Source of the DNA: Methanotrichaceae archaeon
GTDB lineage: Archaea > Halobacteriota > Methanosarcinia > Methanotrichales > Methanotrichaceae
NCBI GenBank assembly: GCA_963748825.1
Contig: CAVVKN010000021.1
Span: 34,560-98,559, forward strand
Direction of reading: 5' to 3'
Length of the DNA: 64,000 nt
A model generated the notes under the pieces. It saw only the letters and a list, made by a program, of their open reading frames with translations. It was not told the origin of the DNA and did no database searches. Shown here piece after piece: positions 1 through 10,056 of this stretch (position 1 is the first letter of the stretch; each line of letters begins with the position of its first letter). Made by a program: the position numbers and the translations under genes.

Positions 1-71
1 AGCGCCTGGAGATGCAGGCTAAAGCGGCTGAGGCTGGCCTTAGGGTGCTCAATCCCAAGGGTGGTGCCTAG
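1..71 (+). CDS. rpl32e: 50S ribosomal protein L32e, 3' end (partial)
   Basis: Frame from base 3 reads RLEMQAKAAEAGLRVLNPKGGA*, the typical L32e C-terminus; lies directly before L19e. Confidence 0.85.
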   Translation, partial: RLEMQAKAAEAGLRVLNPKGGA

Positions 72-73
72 AA

Positions 74-535
74 ATGCCGGGCTTAACAACGCAGCGGCGC
101 CTCGCCGCAGCGGAGCTTAAAATCGGCGAGAGCCGGGTCTGGATCAATCCCGATCCAGAGGTGGCAAGCGAGCTTTCCGATGCCATTACCCGAGAGGACA
201 TTCGCTCCCAGGTAGAGGCAGGAAATATCAAGGCCAAGCCCAAGAAGGGCAACAGCCGAGGCAGAATTAGGGCCAGAGCAGCAAAGCGCGCCTATGGTCA
301 CTGCAAAGGAGCGGGACATAGAAGAGGTGCCAAAGGTGCCCGATGCCCGAGAAAAGAGCAGTGGATGACCAAAATCCGGGCTCTGCGAAAGAAGCTTCGG
401 GAGCTTCGTGAAGGCGGCCAGATAGATCGCCATGCCTACCGCTTGCTTTATCGCAAATCCAAAGGCGGCGAGTATAGGAGTTTGGCGCACATGAACTCTT
501 TCATCAAGGCTAAGGGCCTTGCCAGGAGTGAATAA
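74..535 (+). CDS. rpl19e: 50S ribosomal protein L19e
   Basis: QRRLAA..LKIGESRVWINP, AITREDIR, GHRRGAKGAR motifs; spc operon position. Confidence 0.97.
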   Translation: MPGLTTQRRLAAAELKIGESRVWINPDPEVASELSDAITREDIRSQVEAGNIKAKPKKGNSRGRIRARAAKRAYGHCKGAGHRRGAKGARCPRKEQWMTKIRALRKKLRELREGGQIDRHAYRLLYRKSKGGEYRSLAHMNSFIKAKGLARSE

Positions 536-536
536 C

Positions 537-1046
537 TTGGCTACAGGACCGAGATATAGAGTCCCCTTCCGAAGAAGAAGAGAGGGCAAGACCAACTATC
601 ACGTCAGATATAAGCTAATACTATCGAAGAAACCCCGCGTTGTTGTCAGGAAGAGCAATGCCAACACATTGCTGCAATTGGTGCTGGCGGAGCAAAAAGG
701 CGATAAAACCCTCCTGACGGTTAATTCCCTAGAGCTGCAGGACTATGGATATACCTTTAGCAGGAGCAATATACCTGCTGCCTACCTTACCGGCCTTCTC
801 TTCGGCAAGAAGATGCTGGCCCTGGGCATTGATGAGGGTATCGCAGATATTGGTCTGCATGCCTCCACTAAAGGCAACAGAATCTATGCTGCCATCAAAG
901 GCATCGTAGATGCAGGTGTAAATGTGCCTCATGGCCCGGAGATCTTCCCCGATGAGAAGAGGATTTGTGGCGAGCACATAAAGAAACACACGGGAGCAGA
1001 TATCGTGGCCCAATTCGAGCAGGTTCGAGAGAAGATACTGGGGTGA
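537..1046 (+). CDS. rpl18: 50S ribosomal protein L18
   Basis: (M)[20 protein letters not shown]; TTG start at 537 after GGAGTG RBS. Confidence 0.96.
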   Translation: MATGPRYRVPFRRRREGKTNYHVRYKLILSKKPRVVVRKSNANTLLQLVLAEQKGDKTLLTVNSLELQDYGYTFSRSNIPAAYLTGLLFGKKMLALGIDEGIADIGLHASTKGNRIYAAIKGIVDAGVNVPHGPEIFPDEKRICGEHIKKHTGADIVAQFEQVREKILG

Positions 1047-1050
1047 ACTT

Positions 1051-1674
1051 ATGGATCGGAAAAAGAAGCGTGATTTTTACCAGGAAGAGTGGGTCCCCAG
1101 GACAAGGCTGGGCAAGCTCGTCTTTGAGGGCCAAATAACCTCTTTCGATGAGGCAATTGCCTCAGGTCTGCCCATTAAGGAGGCCGGCCTGATAGATGCA
1201 TTGATACCGGGACTTGAGGATGAAGTTCTGGATATCAACATGGTTCAGAGGATGACGGACTCCGGAAGGAGAGTCAAATTCAGAACCACGGTAATTGTGG
1301 GAAACAGAGACGGCTATATTGGACTTGGCGAAGGAAAGGATGTTCAGGTGGGCAAAGCCATCAAGAAGGGCATCGATAGTGCCAAGCGAAATATCGTGAA
1401 GGTGAAGCGAGGTTGCGGAAGCTGGGAATGCGGCTGCGGCCAGGCGCACACTGTGCCTTATCAGGTAATCGGCGAGTCAGGAAGCGTCAGGGTAGTACTT
1501 ATCCCAGCGCCCCGGGGCTTGGGCATCGCTGCAGGCGATACATCCAAGAAGGTCATGGACATGGCCGGCATCAAGGATGTGTGGACAAGAACGGCAGGTT
1601 CGACCAGGACGACTATCAATTTCGCCAAGGCCACCTACAATGCACTCATCAATACCGTAACTGTGAGGGCTTGA
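1051..1674 (+). CDS. rps5: 30S ribosomal protein S5
   Basis: [34 protein letters not shown]. Confidence 0.97.
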   Translation: MDRKKKRDFYQEEWVPRTRLGKLVFEGQITSFDEAIASGLPIKEAGLIDALIPGLEDEVLDINMVQRMTDSGRRVKFRTTVIVGNRDGYIGLGEGKDVQVGKAIKKGIDSAKRNIVKVKRGCGSWECGCGQAHTVPYQVIGESGSVRVVLIPAPRGLGIAAGDTSKKVMDMAGIKDVWTRTAGSTRTTINFAKATYNALINTVTVRA

Positions 1675-1676
1675 AG

Positions 1677-2132
1677 ATGTTTGCCATAGTGAGATTGAGA
1701 GGCGAGGTGAACGTTCGGCCAGGGATCAAGTCCACTTTAGCGATGCTGCATATGCACAGAGTCAACCATTGCATCGTCGTCAAGGAAGATGAGCATTACC
1801 GGGGCATGATCCAGAAGGTAAAGGACTATGTTGCCTGGGGCAAGATAGACGATGATACTCTGGCCTTGCTCCTCGAGAAGCGGGGACGGCTGAGTGCAAA
1901 CAGGCGGCTGACAGAGCAGTTCTTGAAAGAGAATACATCCTATAGCTCCTTCAAGGAATTGGCCAGTGCTATCACCTCTGGGGCCACAAGCCTGAAGGAT
2001 CTGGAAATCAAGCCCATATTCCGGCTCCATCCGGCTCGCAAGGGTTTAAAGACCATCAAGAAGACCGCGCAACAGGGCGGAGATCTGGGCTTCCGCGCGG
2101 ATTTGGCGGATCTTATCAAGAGGATGAGGTAA
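1677..2132 (+). CDS. rpl30: 50S ribosomal protein L30
   Basis: MFAIVRLRGEVNV, FRLHPARKG; true ATG at 1677 inside the 1413..2132 ORF. Confidence 0.95.
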   Translation: MFAIVRLRGEVNVRPGIKSTLAMLHMHRVNHCIVVKEDEHYRGMIQKVKDYVAWGKIDDDTLALLLEKRGRLSANRRLTEQFLKENTSYSSFKELASAITSGATSLKDLEIKPIFRLHPARKGLKTIKKTAQQGGDLGFRADLADLIKRMR

Positions 2133-2138
2133 GAAACC

Positions 2139-2516
2139 ATGGTTAGACCAAAGACGAAGGAAAAGAGAGGGCATAGAACCTACCACGGCAAGCATAAGAA
2201 TGCGCGCGGAGGCGGGTCTCGCGGCGGCCGTGGAGATTCAGGGAAGTGCAAACATCACTTCATGCGCTCTATGCTTCTCGGAACTCAGATGGGCAAGCAT
2301 GGATTCGTCAAGCTGCCTCTTTCCGAGGAGCTTGAAGTGGTCAACGTGGACGTGCTGGACCAGATGGCAGGCCCGGATGGCAAAATTGAGCTTTCCGAGA
2401 TGAAGGTTCTGGGTCGCGGCAAGGTAACTAGAACGCTTAACGTTAGCGCGGCTGGATTCACTGCGACGGCGAAAAGCAAAATTGAGGCTGCTGGTGGTCA
2501 GGCAGTAGTAGTATGA
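2139..2516 (+). CDS. rpl15: 50S ribosomal protein L15
   Basis: RGGGSRGGRG, KVLGRG, AKSKIEAAGG. Confidence 0.95.
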   Translation: MVRPKTKEKRGHRTYHGKHKNARGGGSRGGRGDSGKCKHHFMRSMLLGTQMGKHGFVKLPLSEELEVVNVDVLDQMAGPDGKIELSEMKVLGRGKVTRTLNVSAAGFTATAKSKIEAAGGQAVVV

Positions 2517-4124
2517 ACCAGCAGAGTTTCTTTTATGCGATAGAGCCCTTTGTGCGCCGGCTCCCCTCCGTGGAGCGGCCCACTGGGCACGTCCATTTTA
2601 AGAGAAAGCTAAGCTGGACTTTAGCCATACTGATTCTCTACTTCACCCTGGGAAACATACCCCTCTTTGGGCTTTCCACAGCATCCATAGATATTTTCAG
2701 TGCTTATCGTGCCTTCTTTGCCGGATCCTTCGGCTCGATGATGCTCCTTGGCATCGGTCCAATTGTTACTGCATCCATCGTATTGCAGCTTCTCGTGGGC
2801 GCCCAGATCATCAAGCTCAATCTGAGCGAACCCCGCGATCAGGCTATTTATCAGGGCACGCAAAAAGCGCTGGTATTCGTTATGGTCGCAGTTGAGGCCC
2901 TTCCGCAGGTGTTGGGTGGCTATCTGCTACCTGATGCCGGTTTAGCTGGGACTCTCGGCGTTTCCCTGGGCATGATATCATTATTGATCTTTATTCAGGT
3001 CTTCGTAGGCGGATCACTCATCGTTTATATGGATGAGGTCGTCTCAAAATGGGGCGTCGGCTCGGGAGTGGGGCTCTTTATCGTAGCTGGAATAAGCCAG
3101 CAGCTGGTCACGGGCATCATCAATCCGGCAAGCGGCGATGCTGGGCTTCCTGTGGGCATCATACCCAAATGGATCGATATCATCAGGCTGCAGCTCATCG
3201 GCTTTGATACCCTCTTCACATCGGAAGGGCTGAGATTCATTCTGGTCACGGGCGGAATTTTGGCGCTCATATCTACTATAACGATCATTTTACTGGTCGT
3301 TTTGGTGGAGTCCACCAGAATTGAGATCCCACTGGCCCACAGCCGTGTGCGGGGCGCGCGGGGACGGTTCCCTGTCAAGCTGGTTTACGCCTCAGTTCTT
3401 CCCATGATCCTGGTGCGGGCCATTCAGGCCAACATCGAGATGATTGGTGCATTGCTGGCAGGCAAGATCGGCACAATAACCTCGGCCACGGTAACCGGCC
3501 AGGGCGTAACCACGATTTATACCGGCTACTCCAGCATTCTGGGAACACTTCATCTCGGAAGCTAAAATTAATTCAGCTACGGGAGCGGCCATGAGCGGCT
3601 CTTCGCCTCAGCCGGTATCGGGCTTGATGTACTATCTATCTGCCTTGCGAGGTCCCAGTGACTGGATGCCGGGAATGGTACAGAACCATCCAGGCATGAC
3701 GGAATTGGGATTCGCGGCTCTGGCCGGCTGGCAGATATTTCTGCATGTGCTCGTGGACGCTTCATTCTTGATCATTGGCGGCATTATCTTCGCCATCTTC
3801 TGGATTGAGACCACGGGCATGGGCCCCAAGAGCGTGGCTGCCAAGATCCACAACTCTGGCCTACAGGTTCCGGGCTACAGAAGAAACCCGGCCTCCATTG
3901 AGAAGCTGATGGAGAGGTATATTCCCAAGGTGACTGTGATTGGCGGCGTGATCATAGGCGTTTTAACCTTGATCGCCAGCCTATTGGGCACACTGGGAGG
4001 CGCGGGCGGCACGGGACTGCTCTTGGCTGTGAGCATTGTCTATCGGCTCTATGAGCAGGTAGCCAGCGAGCAGATCCAGGAGATGTACCCCATGATGCAG
4101 AAGTTCTTCGGAGCGTCGGCATGA
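2513..4124 (+). CDS. secY: Preprotein translocase SecY (split by an apparent +1 indel near 3544)
   Basis: LGIGPIVTASIVLQLL, WGVGSGVGLFI, GTGLLLAV; removing one A in GGGAACAC (3541-3548) joins ORFs 2513..3565 and 3591..4124. Confidence 0.95.
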
Positions 4125-4729
4125 ATGCCCAGCTGACCAAGTCCCTGGACAAAGCCGCCATGGCGGTGGGCTTTGTCCTCTTTTTTGGGGTAATGATCAG
4201 CACTGAACTTAGAACTGGCCTGGGAGAGGCTACAGGTTTCTTGCTGGGATGGCTACCAGAAATTCTGCCTTTCCACGTGGTGCTCTTCATTTTGGCTGCC
4301 ATCACAGGCCTATACGCCAGCCTGATTCAGAAATACACCATGGACTGGGAGTTCCTGCGCAGCTCGCAAGAGAGGATGAAGAAGCTGCAAAGAAATATGA
4401 AAGAAGCGCAGCTATCCGGAGATCAGTCCAGGATTCAAGCCGCGCAAAACGAGCAGATGAAGGCGGTGGCCGATCAGGGCAAGATGATGCAGATGCAGTT
4501 CAAACCCATGCTCTACATCGGTATCGTCTCCATACCACTCTTCATGTGGGCTTACAGTTACATATCCGCTAACCCTAACATGATGATGACCTTTCCCTTT
4601 TGGGGGACGCATCCTATCAATTCCACGGTCTTGGGGCCGATCCTTTACTGGTTCTACTGGTACTTTATCTGCTCACTGCCTGTATCGCAGATTATCCGTA
4701 AGGCTCTGGACATTGGGAGCATGAGCTAG
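4121..4729 (+). CDS. DUF106 / EMC3-TMCO1 (Oxa1 superfamily) membrane protein
   Basis: TM-coiled coil-TM layout, QFKPMLY, W..WYFICS; conserved position after secY. Confidence 0.9.
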   Translation: MNAQLTKSLDKAAMAVGFVLFFGVMISTELRTGLGEATGFLLGWLPEILPFHVVLFILAAITGLYASLIQKYTMDWEFLRSSQERMKKLQRNMKEAQLSGDQSRIQAAQNEQMKAVADQGKMMQMQFKPMLYIGIVSIPLFMWAYSYISANPNMMMTFPFWGTHPINSTVLGPILYWFYWYFICSLPVSQIIRKALDIGSMS

Positions 4730-4731
4730 AG

Positions 4732-5247
4732 ATGATAGTAACCATCAGCGGTGCGCCGGGAACGGGCACCTCAACTCTTGCTCGCTCTCTCTCCGCGCAG
4801 CTAAAACTGCGCTGGGTAAACTCCGGGGATCTTTTTCGCAAGATCGCAGGCGAGAAGAATATCTCCGTTCGGGATATGAACCGTCTGGCCGAGAAGGGTC
4901 CGGAGATCGACTATCTCATTGATGATGCCCAAAAGGCCCTGGCTAAAGAGGGGGACGGCATCTTTGAGGGCCGGCTGTCCGGGCATCTGCTGCCGGCTGA
5001 TTTGAAGGTTCTTTTAAAGGCTGATTTGCGCACAAGAGCTGAGCGCATCGCCAAACGCGAGGCAAAGCTGACTGAGGACGCCATGCAGGAGACACGCGTT
5101 CGAGAGGAGAGCGAGGCCCGGCGGTATAAGATGTACTACAATATTGATATCAGCGACTTTTCCGCTTATGATCTTGTAGTGGATAGCGGCAAGCTCGATG
5201 AAGCAGCCACGCTGGCAATTGTGCTGGCAGCAGTGAGGGGCCGTTAG
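4732..5247 (+). CDS. cmk: Cytidylate kinase
   Basis: ISGAPGTGTST P-loop, EGRLSG, RYKMYYNID. Confidence 0.92.
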   Translation: MIVTISGAPGTGTSTLARSLSAQLKLRWVNSGDLFRKIAGEKNISVRDMNRLAEKGPEIDYLIDDAQKALAKEGDGIFEGRLSGHLLPADLKVLLKADLRTRAERIAKREAKLTEDAMQETRVREESEARRYKMYYNIDISDFSAYDLVVDSGKLDEAATLAIVLAAVRGR

Positions 5248-6422
5248 TGTCCGTGATCCATCGCGCTGAGAGGGCTGAGAAAGCTGAGAAAAGACCTGAA
5301 CGCGGATCACCGCGCTATTCAGCTAGCTCGCCCGCTGCCTCCTCCTCATCTACTCCATCACCTACTACCTCGTCTGCTTCCACATATCCGCAAATTCTTC
5401 CTTCTGACAAGGTCAGGTCCGTGCTGATAAAGCGAAGCGGCAAGACCAATTCTTCCTATGGCATCCCGCCCGAGAAGCGCAGCCTAGAGATGCACATGTC
5501 TTTAGGGGCCATCAATCTGGACAAGACCTCTGGGCCGACCAGCCACGAAGTGGCCGCCTGGGTGAAACGCATTTTGGAAGTAGAGAAAGCGGGGCACAGC
5601 GGTACTCTTGACCCAAAGGTGACGGGAATTCTGCCTGTTCTCCTGGGAGACGCAACGAGGATTATGGATACTCTTCTCCTGGCGGGAAAGGAGTACATCT
5701 GCCTCATGCGTGTGCATAAGCCCCAGCCAAAGAAGCGCCTCTCCGATGTATGCGGAGAGTTCATGGGCCCCATTTTCCAAAAGCCGCCCCTGAAGAGCTC
5801 GGTGGTAAAGGAACTACGCATTCGCACCATTTATTATCTGGATGTCCTGGAGATTGAGGAGCAGCGTGTGCTCATGCGCGTGGGCTGCCAGGCGGGCACC
5901 TACATCCGCAAGCTTTGCTTTGATATTGGTCTGGCTTTAGGCACGGGCGCGAACATGGAGGAGCTGCGCCGCACGCGCGCGGGGCCATTCCGGGAGGATG
6001 AGACGCTGGTCACGCTGCATCAACTCATTGATGCCTATGCCGCCTGGAAGGAGACCGGCGATGAGTCTGGCCTTCGGCGTGTCATTTTGCCAGTGGAGGC
6101 GGCTTTGCGGCATCTGCCCCGGCTGGTTATTGCTGATAATGCCGTGGATGCCATCTGTCACGGCGCGCCCCTGGCCCTGCCCGGGCTCCTTCGCCTGGAG
6201 ACAGATATTAGTAAGGGCGACATTGTTGCCCTCTTTACCCTGAAAGGAGAAGCTGTGGGCATTGGTCGGGCCGATATGAACAGCCGGGAGATGCTCGACG
6301 GCAAGACGGGCATTGCCGTTCTGACCGAAAGGGTAATAATGGAGCCGGGCACGTATCCCAAGGCGTGGAAGCTGGCCGAGAGGGAAGCTTCCGAGGCAGC
6401 GAAAAGAGCTGCCAAGCGCTAA
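5247..6422 (+). CDS. cbf5: RNA-guided pseudouridine synthase Cbf5 (TruB family with PUA domain)
   Basis: GPTSHEV, GHSGTLDPKVTG, GTYIRKLC, LRRTRAG; start codon uncertain. Confidence 0.95.
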   Translation: MSVIHRAERAEKAEKRPERGSPRYSASSPAASSSSTPSPTTSSASTYPQILPSDKVRSVLIKRSGKTNSSYGIPPEKRSLEMHMSLGAINLDKTSGPTSHEVAAWVKRILEVEKAGHSGTLDPKVTGILPVLLGDATRIMDTLLLAGKEYICLMRVHKPQPKKRLSDVCGEFMGPIFQKPPLKSSVVKELRIRTIYYLDVLEIEEQRVLMRVGCQAGTYIRKLCFDIGLALGTGANMEELRRTRAGPFREDETLVTLHQLIDAYAAWKETGDESGLRRVILPVEAALRHLPRLVIADNAVDAICHGAPLALPGLLRLETDISKGDIVALFTLKGEAVGIGRADMNSREMLDGKTGIAVLTERVIMEPGTYPKAWKLAEREASEAAKRAAKR

Positions 6423-6442
6423 AACCTGAAATCTAAATCTGT

Positions 6443-6541
6443 GCCGAGGTCGTCTAGCGGTAGGGCGCCAGCCTGGAGTGAGTTCTCCTAGATAGCTGGT
6501 GATCCGCAAGGGTCTCGTGAGTTCGAATCTCACCCTCGGCG
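6443..6541 (+). tRNA. tRNA-Ser(GGA) with a 15-nt intron (6479-6493)
   Basis: GCCGAGG/CCTCGGC acceptor stem, CCAGC/GCTGG anticodon stem, long variable arm, TTCGAAT T-loop; intron at 37/38 forms a bulge-helix-bulge (CTGG/CTAG helix). Confidence 0.95.
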
Positions 6542-7355
6542 CTTTTCTTATCTGCAGGCAACAGTTGACTTTTTCAGAGTTTTTCTGAGCGCAGGCAATC
6601 GCGGTTTTTCATACCACGGCTTGGCAGTGTCTTGTGAAATATGCCCCCCCGTCTCCAAATTTGCCACCATCTCTTTTCCCATGGCCGGTGAATAAGAGCG
6701 CTTGCAGGCCCATTCCCACAAATTTTCCTAATGCTCCGGTTCCGTCGTAAAATGGGTATCTATTCTTTCTCATTATGGTCGCTGTGGTGCTTCTTTTTCA
6801 CGAACCACAAGAGAGCCAGCAAACCAATCACGAATAGCTTTATTTTTATAATCTTCTTGATAAGTTTTAACATAATCGATTTCACCAGAGCTATATACGT
6901 CTTAAAACTATAAAAATGTGACCTCTTCATGGCCTGCTTGGTCCGGGCTGCCCACAGCGTCATAAACATTATCGCCCATATCCAATCGGCCCTGGGCCTC
7001 ATGCTATTTCTTCAAATAGTTTGATTTTTTCCGGGCCATAATCGAAAAGAAAATAATTCATGTTTGTTGCTTAGAGATTCTTGGTGGAGAGGGACTTATA
7101 TTCCCCTATCCAAGTCGTCCCTCCTCTCCATCCGCCCCCGTACCTGTTAAGTCGCCCATGGCCGTGGTCCGGTAGTTCATCAGTCAGGAGATCAAGAGCA
7201 TCAAGGCTGGAGTCCGCATTAAGAAGGCTTTAGTCCGTTTCATGGTTTCATTCATTTCTTTGTATCTTATTCAAGCTCTCCCTTTATGTAAAAATGCTTT
7301 CCTGCTATCTTTTTCCGGCGAAGGTACTTATTCTTACACGTAGGATAGACATACT

Positions 7356-7583
7356 ATGACAGGAGTCCTCGAGCAGCTAATAAGGCCACAAAAGAAGGCT
7401 ATGCATCGCTCTGATCTAAAGGCTATGGAACTCCAGACAGCCAAGGAGATCCTAGCCGAGGTCTTCCGGGTCAGGCTCTCTGAAGTGGATGAGATGATCC
7501 AGAACCGATTTGAAGCCGACGGTTCCAAAGGTATAGTCGCTAAAGAAGAGGGCCTATGGCCGCAGGAGTTCTGGCTGGATTAG
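7356..7583 (+). CDS. Small hypothetical protein
   Basis: 75-aa ORF with protein-like helical sequence (ELQTAKEILAEVFRVRLSEVDEMIQNRF). Confidence 0.55.
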   Translation: MTGVLEQLIRPQKKAMHRSDLKAMELQTAKEILAEVFRVRLSEVDEMIQNRFEADGSKGIVAKEEGLWPQEFWLD

Positions 7584-7589
7584 CTTCTG

Positions 7590-7770
7590 CTATCTTTCTT
7601 TTAAGATTATCATCACTTTGCCTGTCGGTAAGGATTGCTGGATGATCCGGCCTTCCTTCTCGAGATCTTCTGGGATCGGGTCTCAGATCGCTCCACACCA
7701 TATTTCTTGTGCTATTCGCAAGCGTCCAAAGGATACGATCACGCGGAGACTGTGAATATTTAGGTACACC
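7590..7770 (-). pseudogene. Degenerate small winged-helix-like gene
   Basis: SPRDRILWTLANS..WSDLR in one frame continues as PIPEDLEKEGRIIQQSLPTGKVMIILKER* in another. Confidence 0.35.
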
Positions 7771-8215
7771 TCTCACCTTTCAATTTCTTCCACTCATTGT
7801 ATAGTGCTTGGATTTGCCTATCCCTGATCATAATGAGGGTTTTTATATCTGGAATCAAGAAGGTTATGCCATCAAATGTGAGCGAATCGCAATGGGCCGC
7901 TTCCAGAAGTTGGTACTCATCGCCCATCCATATTTCTCTAATGAAGATCTGCACTGAGAATGATTTAAAAATTATTCTAAGGAAATGAGTATCATTGATT
8001 CCGGTGACCGACTCCATATTACCGAACATCCTGAGTGCAGATATAACCCTATCTGCTTCTTCATATGAGCAACAGATATCGATATCTTTAGTGGCATCTT
8101 TCAAGCCATGCCACATAAAAGCTGCACCTGCGAATACGTACACATTGGTTTTTGCTTGAACTTTCGAGCCAATGTAGGCCAAATCGGCCAAGAGCTGTGC
8201 CTTATTTTCGATCAT
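7760..8215 (-). CDS. Nucleotidyltransferase-fold protein (DUF6036/AbiEii-like)
   Basis: GAAFMWHGLKDATKDIDI resembles the GG.A...G.K..T.D.D signature. Confidence 0.65.
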   Translation of the reverse strand: MIENKAQLLADLAYIGSKVQAKTNVYVFAGAAFMWHGLKDATKDIDICCSYEEADRVISALRMFGNMESVTGINDTHFLRIIFKSFSVQIFIREIWMGDEYQLLEAAHCDSLTFDGITFLIPDIKTLIMIRDRQIQALYNEWKKLKGERCT

Positions 8216-8300
8216 GTTTCTCCTACCACCTGAGATTGTCTATATCGGGTAATTGCTGTTCATTCATAGGCACGCATCTTTCCATGCTTTTTTCATTTTC

Positions 8301-8579
8301 TCAAACTCCCAAATATCTGCCTTGCATCCTCTTGGATGATCCAGGATGATCCACCAGATCAATCGTGGCAATGGCGTGCTTGAAGACCAGTAGTTGCCCT
8401 TTTACCGTCTGGAACAGGATCTCATAGGGGTTGCTTATCCTTCTTGGGTCCCTGTAACTGGCCTGCCTCCTGAAATTAGGCATATAGATACCTTCTTGCC
8501 TTTGCGCTTTGGGATAAACTGGGGGGCCTTGCGTTGTTGTCTTCTTCTCCTCTTCGTTCATCAGGGACAATTTGGACAT
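8301..8579 (-). pseudogene. Hfq-like (Sm-fold) protein gene with internal frameshifts
   Basis: NPYEILFQTVKGQLLVFKHAIATI (Sm2 motif [YF]KHAI); Sm1-like KGKKVSICLISGGRPVTGT in an adjacent frame. Confidence 0.7.
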
Positions 8580-8585
8580 TTGGAA

Positions 8586-8819
8586 TCACTTCAGAACCGA
8601 CGTATCCTCTTCTGCCATCCTCTTTTGTGCTGCAGCGCTAGCTAAGGCTATTCTCTCGATATCCTTCTTGCTCAGTTCGTGTTTTACATCACCGAGGAGC
8701 CCGGCATGAAATGCGCTTATAAACCCAAATCCGAGATAGCCCAATCCTAACGTGAAGATCCCTATAGAGAACGCGAGGATGAGGTAAAGAAATCCCCATC
8801 CCCAACGGCCTTGTGCCAT
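8586..8819 (-). CDS. Small membrane protein or gene fragment
   Basis: Two hydrophobic Gly-rich segments; start codon uncertain. Confidence 0.4.
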   Translation of the reverse strand: MAQGRWGWGFLYLILAFSIGIFTLGLGYLGFGFISAFHAGLLGDVKHELSKKDIERIALASAAAQKRMAEEDTSVLK

Positions 8820-8926
8820 GAAGCCCGATCCAGGAACGAGTATGTTAAGGATAATGCCTTTAATTCTGCCAGACGTATCAATCCCTCACAATCTACTTCA
8901 AGATTGAAGGATCTAATGAAAAAGGT

Positions 8927-9448
8927 TTGGGTCATACCTGTCAAAAATGTGGCCCGGAGAAGGACCGCTCCAAGGAATCAGCCTAACTCACATCCCCTAA
9001 ACAATCCTGATCTCCTCTTCCGTCATCCCATCAAGCTCGTAGACCAGGGCGTCTATCTGGCGGTCGGTGGCCTTTATGTCTACGGACGGCTTTTTTGTCT
9101 AAAGGAAGAATTTGCGCTGGCCGCCAGCGAAAAGAGTAATTCGGGATGGTGGCTGCTCCTCCCTCGATGGTGTCCTCGTGGATGACGTCCTTGTAGGCCT
9201 CGGAAAAACTTTGTTCGTTGTCCATATCCCACCCCAGGGCCTTGAAGAAAGGATCAACGAATTTTCTTCTGACTTGAGTTTCATTTTTACCCCAATACCC
9301 CGATGTTTGCATCGGGGATAACGGCATGAGTATTCAACTTAGGTTTAGATCTGCTTATCCTGATTCCGCTTACGCGAAATAGTATTGGGTAACACCTGTC
9401 AAAAAGCGAACCCGAAAGATCGCCTCTTTCAAGGATTAAGGTAATTCA
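8927..9448. repeat. Two imperfect direct repeats of about 63 bp (8927-8990, 9385-9448)
   Basis: TTGGGT.A.ACCTGTCAAAAA is 19/21 identical; shared CAAGGA.T.AG..TAA.TCA at the other end. Confidence 0.65.
8988..9327 (-). pseudogene. Internally deleted type IIG (Eco57I-like) restriction-modification gene
   Basis: N-terminal NETQVRRKFVDPFFKALGWD..DVIHED..RKFFL..KKPSVDIK runs directly into C-terminal ATDRQIDALVYEL.GMTEEEIRIV. Confidence 0.75.
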
Positions 9449-10056
9449 CTGTCGCTGTGGTACAGACCTCTTCCGGGCTGATCGGTGCTGTCTCACTTTC
9501 TTTGCTTCCTGTTTCGTTGCCTGGGCCGCTTGCTTTGCCGCCTTCTTTTCCACTTCAGTCATTTTCATAACATCTCTGATTAGGTCCTATCTGTCTCCAT
9601 CTATCATTTCCGTCACGTGCCGCCAAATATCTCTCCCTCGAGTGCTACTACCATCGCTCACACGAAAAAGCTTGCGGAGGAAAATCTCTTTGAAACATAG
9701 CCATGAGCTAATTTAAACTTGATCCGCTGGACCACACGGCTGCGTGTCTAGGCTCAAAGGATTACTTTTCGCTTTGGTGCTTTGGTTTAGGTTATATTAT
9801 TATTTGACAATTATGCGCCTTTGAAGGATTTAGGTTTTTTCCTGGTGGCCTTCATATTTAGCTAAAATTATCCCTGGATGAAAATATCCCTTTGCGCAAG
9901 TATGTGGTCAAAAAATCTTTAATACCTTTGGCAGTCTAACTACAATGTGTCCGGCATTACTATTAGCTTTGGCTTCTCACCCAGGCCACTTTGATTTCAG
10001 ATTAAAGGCCTGTACGAAAGTAATATTGCCCTCAGTTCTCCCAGGTTTAACCGTCT

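Noticed and set aside
3541-3591. Split secY as a real pseudogene or programmed frameshift
   Set aside because: secY is essential and one extra A explains it. Similar +1 insertions occur near 55652, 58957 and 61637 with no shared slippery motif, which points to sequencing or assembly error; read mapping would decide.
6542-10000. Intact provirus or integrative element at tRNA-Ser
   Set aside because: No integrase, structural genes or duplicated tRNA 3' end seen; only relics remain.
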